Made by a program: the position numbers and the translations under genes | Notes under the pieces: generated by a model | Told to the model about the DNA's origin: nothing | The model's input: only the letters and a program-made list of their open reading frames with translations | Databases searched by the model: none | Part shown: piece after piece, positions 1-6,532 of the stretch | Layout: the number at the start of each line of letters is the position of its first letter | How positions within the stretch are numbered: the stretch's first letter is position 1 | NCBI GenBank assembly: GCA_041648755.1 | Contig: JBAZOJ010000071.1 | Coordinates: 1 to 13,897 of the forward strand | From: Candidatus Brocadiia bacterium | Lineage (GTDB): Bacteria > Planctomycetota > B143-G9 | Reading direction: 5' to 3' | Length of the DNA: 13,897 bases

Positions 1-971
1 GCAACCTCACTACGCGCAAGATTTTCGGCATCTTCAGCGAGGATATGTCCAGCAACGAATGGAAGACCATCGCAACCGAGATCGGCAACGAGATCGAGAA
101 GGGCTGCGACGGCATAGTTATAGGCCACGGCACGGACACGATGCACTACACGGCCGCCATCCTTACATTCATGTGCCAGAACCTCCCCTGCCCGGTCGTG
201 ATAGTGGGCTCGCAACGGTCCAGCGACCGGCCGTCATCCGACGCCGCGCTGAACCTGACGAATGCCGTAAAGACAGCAGCCGAGAGCGACTTCGCCGAGG
301 TAATGGTCTGCATGTTCGGCCCCACCAGCGACGAGTACTGCCTGCTCCACCGCGGCACACGCGTGCGCAAGATGCATTCATCCTATCGCAGCACTTTCAG
401 AACCATCGGCGACACCCCGCTTGCAATGGTTTCGCCCAAGTGGATCAAGCCCATTCACCGCGATTACCGCGTGCGTGACAAGTCGCGCAAGCCCATCATA
501 AAGCCGGTCTTCGAGGATCGCGTTTCGATGCTCTATTACTACCCCAATATGAGCCCCGACCTTGTTGACTCGCTGCGCGACAACGGCTACAAGGGTCTGG
601 TCATCATCGGCACGGGCCTCGGCCACGTGAACCGTAAGATGAACCCCGCGCTTAAGCGCGCTGTCGATTCGGGCATGCATGTGTATATGTGCGTGCAGAC
701 GCTATGGGGCTATGTGCAGATGTTCGTGTACGACACGGGCCGCGACCTGCTAGAACTGGGCGTGGTTCCGCTTGGAAACATGATACCTGAGACGTCCTTT
801 GCGAAGCTTGGCTGGGCTCTGGGCCAGTCCAGTGACCGCGAGGAAGTCAAGAAGATCATGCTGACGCCGGTCGGCCACGACATCACTGAAGGTGAGCCCT
901 CCAACGGCTACCTGATATTCCAGGGCGGTACGCCTGACATCGAAGAGTTTCTAAAGCACATCAAGTTCTAA
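1..971 (+). CDS. gatD: L-asparaginase-fold protein, C-terminal ~322 aa. Motifs most resemble archaeal-type Glu-tRNA(Gln) amidotransferase subunit D (GatD). The gene is 5'-truncated by the window edge; the reading frame is open from base 3.
   Basis: The frame carrying the ORF at 45..971 stays open back to base 3 (N L T T R K I F G I F S E D M S...), so the gene starts upstream of the window. Asparaginase core motif IVIGHGTDTMHYTAA is present. VVIVGSQRSSDRPSSDAALNL, HRGTRVRKMHSS and YKGLVIIGTGLGH match what I recall as GatD signatures rather than bacterial AnsA (VIVTGSQIPL...). Stop TAA at 969-971 is followed by a hairpin terminator. Confidence 0.6.
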   Translation, partial: NLTTRKIFGIFSEDMSSNEWKTIATEIGNEIEKGCDGIVIGHGTDTMHYTAAILTFMCQNLPCPVVIVGSQRSSDRPSSDAALNLTNAVKTAAESDFAEVMVCMFGPTSDEYCLLHRGTRVRKMHSSYRSTFRTIGDTPLAMVSPKWIKPIHRDYRVRDKSRKPIIKPVFEDRVSMLYYYPNMSPDLVDSLRDNGYKGLVIIGTGLGHVNRKMNPALKRAVDSGMHVYMCVQTLWGYVQMFVYDTGRDLLELGVVPLGNMIPETSFAKLGWALGQSSDREEVKKIMLTPVGHDITEGEPSNGYLIFQGGTPDIEEFLKHIKF

Positions 972-988
972 CAACTGTGAGAGAGGAG

Positions 989-1023
989 AACGCCTCCGGC
1001 TAACCCCGGAGGCGTTTTTCGTT
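989..1023. terminator. Bidirectional intrinsic terminator shared by the convergent gatD-like and RIO kinase genes.
   Basis: AACGCCTCCGG (989-999), loop CTAACC, CCGGAGGCGTT (1007-1017), then TTTTCGTTTC. Lies between stop codons at 971 (+) and 1025 (-). Preceded by GA-rich tract GAGAGAGGAGAA (979-990). Confidence 0.6.
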
Positions 1024-1024
1024 T

Positions 1025-1762
1025 CTACAGCTCGGAATACCTGAAACGGTTCCAGAGGTCAGTTGCGATTTTCCATGGCCTGCACTCTACGCCGAAGCGC
1101 TCGAAGTACGACGCCAGGTTCTCGATGTCGCGCCCGAGGAACATACGGGCGTTGGAATTAAATCGGGGGTCAACTGCCTGCGGGAAGTCGATGATCCGAA
1201 TATGCCCGTTCCAGTACAGTACGTTGTACGGCGACAGGTCGGAATGCACCACATTGCAGGACAAGAACCTCTCGATATTTCCCATCACGCGCCTGAACAA
1301 GAGCTGAGCCTCGTCCCTGGAAGGGCGGTGCTCGCGCAGGGGCGGAGCGGGCGAGTCGTCGTGACCCGCAAGCTCCATCAGGATGGCGCAGCCGCGCAAC
1401 GCGATAGGACGGGGCACATCCGCGCCCGCTGAATGCAGAGCGCGAAGGGTCTCGTACTCGTTGGCCACCCACATACCATGCTGGACGCGTTTGCCGAAAT
1501 CGGTCTTCTTGGCGAACGCAACCTGCTCTCGGCGCTTCCCCATTACGCGCCCTTCGGAATATGCAGCATCGTTACGAAAGCCGCGCCCCGTAAGTGGGCG
1601 ATACACCTTGGCGGCCACGTAACTCGAACGACTCTTCCTGGTGCCACGGCAACAGAAGACCGTCGCCTCCTTACCGCTCTTCACCTGAAACAGGACTTCG
1701 CTAACGAACCCTTCATAGAGGAAGGGCTCGATGAATTCGATCAAATCCGGATTGTCGGACAT
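1025..1762 (-). CDS. RIO-type serine/threonine protein kinase (RIO1 family, atypical kinase).
   Basis: 245 aa. ATP-binding Lys context VAAKVYRP. Catalytic and metal-binding loop VVHSDLSPYNVLYWNGHIRIIDFPQAVD matches RIO1 (HxDLSEYN...IIDxxQ). Size is typical of stand-alone RIO kinases. Confidence 0.7.
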   Translation of the reverse strand: MSDNPDLIEFIEPFLYEGFVSEVLFQVKSGKEATVFCCRGTRKSRSSYVAAKVYRPLTGRGFRNDAAYSEGRVMGKRREQVAFAKKTDFGKRVQHGMWVANEYETLRALHSAGADVPRPIALRGCAILMELAGHDDSPAPPLREHRPSRDEAQLLFRRVMGNIERFLSCNVVHSDLSPYNVLYWNGHIRIIDFPQAVDPRFNSNARMFLGRDIENLASYFERFGVECRPWKIATDLWNRFRYSEL

Positions 1763-1866
1763 TGCTTTCTCCTGGTCCTCGAATGTGGAACACTACACTA
1801 AGAACTTGAACCGCGGAAGATGCGCTGCAAGGCATAAGCCCTCCCTTCGGGTTAGTAGAGAACGAA

Positions 1867-1926
1867 CAGGCGGCCAGTCTGGCCGCCTGAAAACAAAGCG
1901 GCCGCCCGTTTCCGGACGGCCGCCAA
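1867..1926 (-). terminator. Two tandem GC-rich hairpins on the minus strand. The upstream one (1926-1900) is followed by a U-run and is the likelier intrinsic terminator.
   Basis: Minus strand reads GCGGCCGTCCGGAAACGGGCGGCCGC + TTTGTTTT, then CAGGCGGCCAG-A-CTGGCCGCCTG + TTCGTTCTCT. They sit downstream of the 15-codon mini-ORF and about 100 nt upstream of the RIO kinase start. Confidence 0.45.
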
Positions 1927-1954
1927 TAAACGAGAAGACGTTTGCGCGACGATC

Positions 1955-2002
1955 CTATGCCGGGCGTGAACCTCCCGTGAAGAAAGCTTCTGTTGGTCTC
2001 AT
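1955..2002 (-). CDS. Possible 15-aa micro-ORF (MRPTEAFFTGGSRPA) with a strong Shine-Dalgarno.
   Basis: Minus strand reads ATAAGGAGGAcgttcctATGAGACCAACAGAAGCTTTCTTCACGGGAGGTTCACGCCCGGCATAG. SD AAGGAGGA sits 7 nt before ATG (2002..2000); stop TAG at 1957..1955. It is followed within 30 nt by the tandem hairpins at 1926-1867. Too short for homology support. Confidence 0.25.
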   Translation of the reverse strand: MRPTEAFFTGGSRPA

Positions 2003-2088
2003 AGGAACGTCCTCCTTATAGGAATAGCTCCGCGATTGAACCAGCGTACTGAAGATAAGTCGCGAAACAGTCAAGAGCCTGAGGGGTG

Positions 2089-2119
2089 GAAAACGGCGGC
2101 TGAAGCCGCCGTTTCCGGA
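2089..2119. terminator. Hairpin with flanking T-runs on both strands; the probable intrinsic terminator of the Lys-rich micro-gene (minus strand).
   Basis: Plus strand: GGAAAACGGCGGC TGAA GCCGCCGTTTCC. On the minus strand, stem CGGCGGC/GCCGCCG is followed directly by TTTTCC. Located 26 nt downstream of the micro-ORF stop (2145). Confidence 0.45.
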
Positions 2120-2144
2120 GAAAAGCTCTTGAGAAGAAGTTGTG

Positions 2145-2216
2145 CTACTTCTTCACCGGCTTCTTCGCGGGCTTCTTCTCTTCCTTCTTGGGCTCGCACT
2201 TCTTGCATCCAGCCAT
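2145..2216 (-). CDS. 23-aa lysine-rich micro-protein or leader peptide, MAGCKKCEPKKEEKKPAKKPVKK (13 of 23 residues Lys, all AAG; CxxC pair).
   Basis: Minus strand reads CCTAAGGAGGAAAACATGGCTGGATGCAAGAAGTGCGAGCCCAAGAAGGAAGAGAAGAAGCCCGCGAAGAAGCCGGTGAAGAAGTAG. SD AAGGAGGA lies 4 nt upstream of ATG (2216..2214); stop TAG at 2147..2145. Preceded by a strong promoter (2313-2285) and followed by a terminator (2119-2089). It is not in the supplied ORF track because it falls below the length cut-off. Confidence 0.45.
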   Translation of the reverse strand: MAGCKKCEPKKEEKKPAKKPVKK

Positions 2217-2284
2217 GTTTTCCTCCTTAGGATGAAAAGGGTTATGGCTCAACCGAAAGCACGCGTTGGCGCGCTACTGCCAAT

Positions 2285-2313
2285 AGTGTAGCAGAAATGT
2301 TCCCGCTTGTCAA
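2285..2313 (-). promoter_or_regulatory. Sigma70-like promoter on the minus strand driving the micro-gene: -35 TTGACA, 17-bp spacer, -10 TACACT.
   Basis: Minus strand reads cTTGACAagcgggaacatttctgcTACACTattggc. Perfect consensus -35 at 2313..2308, -10 at 2290..2285, spacer exactly 17 nt. Predicted TSS is near 2278, giving a ~60-nt 5' UTR to the SD. Confidence 0.5.
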
Positions 2314-2338
2314 CAGGGATTTTCGAAGAACTTTTGCG

Positions 2339-3163
2339 CTACTTCGCCGAGTTCTCGTATGCCGTGATGAACAGACGGGCGGTAAATACGGCCGCGGCGT
2401 CAATTCGTTCCTGTGCGAACTCGCGGACTTTATCAGACTTGATCACCCCGGAATTTGCTGGAATTTCCGGCTCCAGCGCGAAAACTGTCTCCACGAGCCC
2501 ATGGCTCTTATCAAGCTCTGTGGCTATTTCCATGAGGATGCCATTCCAGGAGTAAGGTTTCAGGCCGTTTACACAAGACCTTGTGGATTGCAGCTTTATG
2601 AGCAGCCAATCGACCCTCGAATGAAGGTCCTTTCCCTTGTGCTCTTCCTTGCCGTCGTAGAACACTGTGGTGTGCAATGGGTTGCAGAGATCCTGTGCGT
2701 AGTGGGCCAGCACGCCAGCGTACACAAGGCACTTTGCCTGGAGTTCCTTGCTGTCGGTTTTGTACCTGTAATTGTTAAAGGCTGTCGCCAGCCTGCCCGT
2801 CCATTCTGCAACCGCGTACGGAAGCATTCCGACATGCTCTGCGACTAAGTCCTTGTCATGGCACATCTTATAGAATGCCCATCGGTCGGTAGGAAGTGGA
2901 GATCTGCTCAGCTTCTCCATGTTGATGAAATGTTCGGGCTCCTCTGTGGAGCCGAGGATCTTGCTGCCATAGCTTCTGAAGGAGTCGGGGTCGTCCGAGG
3001 CCAACACTGCGTAAGCGGCGCCTTTGGCGAAGAACTCGGGCAGTCCCGCGCCCTGTGTGGCAACGGCAGCTTCAGTTATTGTTCGGTGCACAGCATGTGA
3101 CCAGCCGACAAATAGCACCGAAACGGAAACCAGTATCAGCAGTGGCGTTCGCGTGGCACGCAT
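2339..3163 (-). CDS. Secreted S1/P1-family zinc-dependent nuclease (same phospholipase C/P1 nuclease superfamily fold).
   Basis: Mature N-terminus WSHAVHRT corresponds to Trp1/His6 of the P1 nuclease zinc site. LAHYAQDLCNPLHTT matches P1 HFIGDxxQPLH. EHFIN matches LHFID. DLHSRVDWLL matches NLHSDWD. An N-terminal signal peptide is predicted to cleave just before the Trp. The six-frame ORF starts at 3190 (MRYRNTEGAMRATRT...), but the second ATG at 3163 is preceded by GGAGGG (5-nt spacing) and is the preferred start. Confidence 0.6.
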   Translation of the reverse strand: MRATRTPLLILVSVSVLFVGWSHAVHRTITEAAVATQGAGLPEFFAKGAAYAVLASDDPDSFRSYGSKILGSTEEPEHFINMEKLSRSPLPTDRWAFYKMCHDKDLVAEHVGMLPYAVAEWTGRLATAFNNYRYKTDSKELQAKCLVYAGVLAHYAQDLCNPLHTTVFYDGKEEHKGKDLHSRVDWLLIKLQSTRSCVNGLKPYSWNGILMEIATELDKSHGLVETVFALEPEIPANSGVIKSDKVREFAQERIDAAAVFTARLFITAYENSAK

Positions 3164-3394
3164 TGCACCCTCCGTGTTACGATATCTCATACAATTCTAC
3201 TCACGGTGAATATGCCGGTCAACCTCGTGTGCTCTCTGGCGAAATTTTCCGTGGACCAAAGCGAGGACGTAACCTGAGATCGCACGCACGTAATTCGTGC
3301 CATTCGCAATACGCGAGGTACAATGTTAGTGACTGGCACTGACCACTTGGGAATCAACCGCCGCTTAGTGAAATCTCCCGCGAAGGAGCGTCCA

Positions 3395-3877
3395 GTGAAG
3401 CGAGTACGGAGTTCATCCAAGGAAGAGGCGTACAAGTCGCTGATATCGCACCTCGACGCGATCCTCCGGGACGAGTCCACCCCGCTGGTTGATGAGGTTG
3501 CGCGGATGGCGACGCTGTGCTCGCTGGTGCATATCCTGATCCCGAAGGTCTACTGGGCGGGATTCTACCGGCTCGTTGGCCCCAAGACGCTGGTTGTGGG
3601 GCCATACTGCGGCACGCCTGCCTGTCTTGTGATAGACATCGGCCGCGGAGTTTGCGGCCAATGCGCGCGCGAAGGCAGGCCGGTGGTCGTCCCCGACGTT
3701 CGCCTGCATCCCGACCACATCGCCTGCGACGCCGAGTCCAAGTCGGAGATAGTCGTGCCCGTATTCGATGCAAAGGGAAGGCTCAAAGCCGTATTCGACG
3801 TTGACAGCGATCATCTGTCGGCCTTCGATGAGTTCGATGCCCGGCAGTTGCAGAAGGTGGTGCGGTACCTGGCATAG
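3395..3877 (+). CDS. msrC: Free methionine-(R)-sulfoxide reductase, GAF-domain protein (fRMsr, YebR/MsrC family).
   Basis: YWAGFYRLVGPKTLVVGPYCGTPACLVIDIGRGVCGQCAREGRPVVVPDVRLHPDHIACDAESKSEIVVPVF aligns with E. coli YebR (NWAGFYLL...LGPFQGKIACVRIPVGRGVCG...HIACDAASNSEIVLPL), including the catalytic Cys triad. Preferred start is GTG at 3395, with SD AAGGAG at 3383-3388 and the expected N-terminal length. The six-frame ORF begins at 3323. Confidence 0.7.
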   Translation: MKRVRSSSKEEAYKSLISHLDAILRDESTPLVDEVARMATLCSLVHILIPKVYWAGFYRLVGPKTLVVGPYCGTPACLVIDIGRGVCGQCAREGRPVVVPDVRLHPDHIACDAESKSEIVVPVFDAKGRLKAVFDVDSDHLSAFDEFDARQLQKVVRYLA

Positions 3878-3951
3878 AATTGCGGGTTGACCGGCTCCCT
3901 CTTGCCGCCCGCCGCACGGGGCTATAATCTTGGCAGGCAAAAGAGAAAGAG

Positions 3952-4899
3952 ATGAGAATGCGACTGCATTTTGCGATATTTCTTCCGACGGCCTTCGCGG
4001 CCGTCTTGTTGTTCTGCGGCACTTCATGGGCCGAGACTGCGGCTCCGACCGGCGAAGAGAAGCCGTCGCTGTCACTCTTCCAGGCTGCGGTGTTGGGCGT
4101 GGTCGAGGGCACAACGGAGTACTTGCCCGTGAGTTCCACGGGCCACCTACTGCTTGTCCAGCGCTGGCTGGGCATGTCAGGGGACGAGGAATCCGAATCC
4201 AGGAGCGCGGCTGACGCGTTCGCCATCGTCATCCAGGCTGGCGCGATCCTTGCCGTGTTGGGGCTGTTCCGAAGGCGCTTCAGGGGGATGGCGCTGGGAC
4301 TCGCGGGAAAGGACAAAGACGGCCTGCTGATGCTGCGCAACGTGCTGATTGCTTTCATTCCAGCCGCAGTGCTGGGTTTCCTGCTGGAACACAAGGTCAA
4401 GGAATACCTGTACGGTCCGCTGCCGATAGCGGGCGCGCTCTTCGTTGGCGGAATTGCGATCTTCGCGGCGGCCGCTTGGCGCAGGAACAAGCCGGAGGGG
4501 ATTTCGCTCGAGGAAATGGGCCTGCGGGCGGCCATCATCATCGGGATAGCCCAGAGCATAGCCATCTGCCCGGGAGTATCGCGCTCGCTGGCGACAATCT
4601 TGGGTGGGCTCGCGGCGGGACTCACGCTTGGCGCGGCTGTGGAGTTCAGCTTCCTGCTGGGTTTCGTCACGCTTGCCGCGGCCACGGGCTACGAGACGAT
4701 GAAGGAGGGCTCGCGGATACTCGGCGCCTACGGCTGGATCAGTCCGGTCGTAGGGTTCGTGGTCGCCTTTCTGACCGCAATTGTGGCCGTCAAGTGGATG
4801 GTATCGTACCTGCAATCCCACGGACTGGCCGTATTTGGCGTGTACAGAATCGCGCTTGCCGTGGCGATAGTCACATTAGTGGTGATGGGGCTGCTGTAG
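3952..4899 (+). CDS. uppP: Undecaprenyl-diphosphate phosphatase UppP (BacA), with an approximately 40-aa N-terminal extension.
   Basis: Signature [21 protein letters not shown] (E. coli [20 protein letters not shown]). A second conserved block [13 protein letters not shown] (PGxSRSG motif region). Eight predicted TM segments. The N-terminal extension [39 protein letters not shown] looks like a signal peptide. Confidence 0.8.
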   Translation: [315 protein letters not shown]

Positions 4900-4920
4900 G
4901 TTAGCTAGTGCCGAGAACCA

Positions 4921-4966
4921 AGGTGAATTGAAACGGGCCGCCCCAAAGGGCGGCCCGTGTTGTTCG
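4921..4966. terminator. Bidirectional intrinsic terminator between convergent uppP and the flotillin gene.
   Basis: CGGGCCGCCCC AAA GGGGCGGCCCG (4934-4957) is followed by TGTTGTT on the plus strand. On the minus strand the hairpin is followed by TTTCAATTCACC. Confidence 0.6.
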
Positions 4967-4982
4967 ATGCGCCGATCGCAAC

Positions 4983-6467
4983 TCACTTCTTCTCGGGCTT
5001 GTGCCCTTCCACTTCATGCTTCTCGTGAACAGCCTTGCCGAGGTATTCGGGCAATTGCAGGCCGACCATCTTGGCGATGTCGTGCATTGGGGGCACGGCC
5101 CCGATGAAGCGCTTGCCAAGGTTGGCCATGCCACCCGATTCGCCGCCGCCATCCCAAACGATGACCTTCTCGATCGGAAGATCCTTGATCGCGGTCGCCT
5201 GGATGTGCGCGACTTCAGTAAGCTTTTCGATCATCAGCAGCGAGGTAAGCAACTGCGGGTCGCTTACGCAGGCAGCAACAAGAGCCCTGTAACCGGCGGA
5301 CTTGCCGTCCAGGATGGCCTGGATGCCGCGGCCTTCGGCTTCCATCTTGAGAATGGTGGCTTCTCCGATAGCCTTGGCGTTGATAACCTGGGCATCGGCA
5401 TCGCCTCGCGCGATCAGGACGCGCTTTTCGCGCTCTGCATCGGCCTCGATGACGACCCTGGACTTCTGCGCCTCGGCGGGTACCGTAATTTCGGCGCGGT
5501 AACGGGATGCCTCGCGCAGAGCTCTGGCCTCTTCGGCCTTCTGCTGGGCATTTTCCTGGCTGACACGAATCTGGCCATCCGCTGTAACCTGGGCGGACGA
5601 ACCTTTTCCGCGCGCGCTTTCCTCGGCGACCTTCTGTTCGGCGTGGTAGGTGGCCTTGTTGGCGTTCGCTTCGGTCTCGGTGCGGACGGCTTCGGCGTCC
5701 AGCACGGCGGTTTTCTGGCGGCGGTCCCTGTCGGCTGAGGATTCGCCGATGGAGGCCAGCGAATTCGCGGCGGCTACCGCTACGCGCTGATCCTTCTCAC
5801 GCTCGGCGACGCCGATCTTTCCGCGTCTTTCCTGTTCGGCCACGTCAACGAGTGCCTGGTTGATGGCCTCGGCGGCCGCTTTCCGGCCCAATGCCTGGAT
5901 GTAGCCGCTCTCGTCCTCGATGTCCTTGATGTTGACGTTGATGACCGCGAGGCCGATCTTCTCGAGTTCGGCGGACACAGCCTCGTTCACCTTGTACATG
6001 AACGCCTGGCGGTCGCGGTTGATTTCTTCGATCTTCATCGTCGCGATAACGGCGCGCATCTGGCCAAGGATGATGTCCTGCGCCTGCTTCTGAATGTCGG
6101 TGTAGGTCTGGCCGAGGAGGCGGATGGCCGCGTTCTGCATGATGCCTTCCTCGGTGCTAATGGCGCACGTGACCGTGGTTGGCACGGAGACGCGGATGTT
6201 CTCCTGCGACAGCGCGCTGGACAACTCTATGGGAACGACAAAAGGCTCAAGCTCGAGCCACGCGTACGACTGCATTACGGGCCATACGAAGGCCGCGCCG
6301 CCGTGTACGCATCTTGCGACGCCTCTTCCGGTCTTGCCGTAGATGACCATGATCTTGTTGGACGGGCACCGCTTGTAGCGGTTGATGAAGGTGATGATCA
6401 TCACCAGAACGATGAACACGAGAATCAGAACGAGAATCAGGGTGGTCGGGATTTCGTTTCCGGGCAT
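4983..6467 (-). CDS. Flotillin / SPFH (band-7) domain membrane protein, YqiK-like.
   Basis: 494 aa. N-terminal TM helix, then an SPFH domain (KIMVIYGKTG...FVWPVMQSYAWLELEP...), then a long Ala/Glu/Arg-rich coiled-coil (EA repeats). Start ATG is preceded by GAGGAGGAA. Immediately downstream of an NfeD-family gene, the canonical operon arrangement. Confidence 0.8.
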   Translation of the reverse strand: MPGNEIPTTLILVLILVFIVLVMIITFINRYKRCPSNKIMVIYGKTGRGVARCVHGGAAFVWPVMQSYAWLELEPFVVPIELSSALSQENIRVSVPTTVTCAISTEEGIMQNAAIRLLGQTYTDIQKQAQDIILGQMRAVIATMKIEEINRDRQAFMYKVNEAVSAELEKIGLAVINVNIKDIEDESGYIQALGRKAAAEAINQALVDVAEQERRGKIGVAEREKDQRVAVAAANSLASIGESSADRDRRQKTAVLDAEAVRTETEANANKATYHAEQKVAEESARGKGSSAQVTADGQIRVSQENAQQKAEEARALREASRYRAEITVPAEAQKSRVVIEADAEREKRVLIARGDADAQVINAKAIGEATILKMEAEGRGIQAILDGKSAGYRALVAACVSDPQLLTSLLMIEKLTEVAHIQATAIKDLPIEKVIVWDGGGESGGMANLGKRFIGAVPPMHDIAKMVGLQLPEYLGKAVHEKHEVEGHKPEKK

Positions 6468-6532
6468 AGCTTCCTCCTCAAGTGGGGCGGCGCGCCGATC
6501 GCGGTCGGGACGCCCTCGAACAAGAACTTACT

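Noticed and set aside
2036-2230. 64-aa plus-strand ORF covering the same DNA as the Lys-rich micro-gene.
   Set aside because: Starts at a TTG with no SD and is Ser/Ala/Arg-rich. The opposite strand has a complete promoter, SD, ORF and terminator set, which is far more coherent.
2297-2848. 183-aa plus-strand ORF and nested ORFs overlapping the S1/P1 nuclease gene in antisense.
   Set aside because: No RBS and no recognisable domains. Fully antisense to a gene with strong family motifs. Long open antisense frames are expected at this GC content.
3887-3928. TTGACC (3887-3892) and a perfect TATAAT (3923-3928) upstream of uppP.
   Set aside because: The spacing is 30 nt, far outside the 16-19-nt sigma70 window. 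The TATAAT alone may still be a -10 with a weak unrecognised -35 (TCTTGC at 17 nt), so I do not call it as a promoter feature.
3413-4685. Long minus-strand ORFs (233 aa and 300 aa; Arg/Pro/Ser-rich) antisense to the fRMsr and uppP genes.
   Set aside because: Low-complexity Arg/Pro/Ala composition typical of antisense frames of GC-rich genes. They overlap two confidently identified genes.
5001-5738. 245-aa Gly/Leu-rich plus-strand ORF inside the flotillin gene.
   Set aside because: It is the antisense image of the Ala/Glu-rich coiled-coil of flotillin. No start context.
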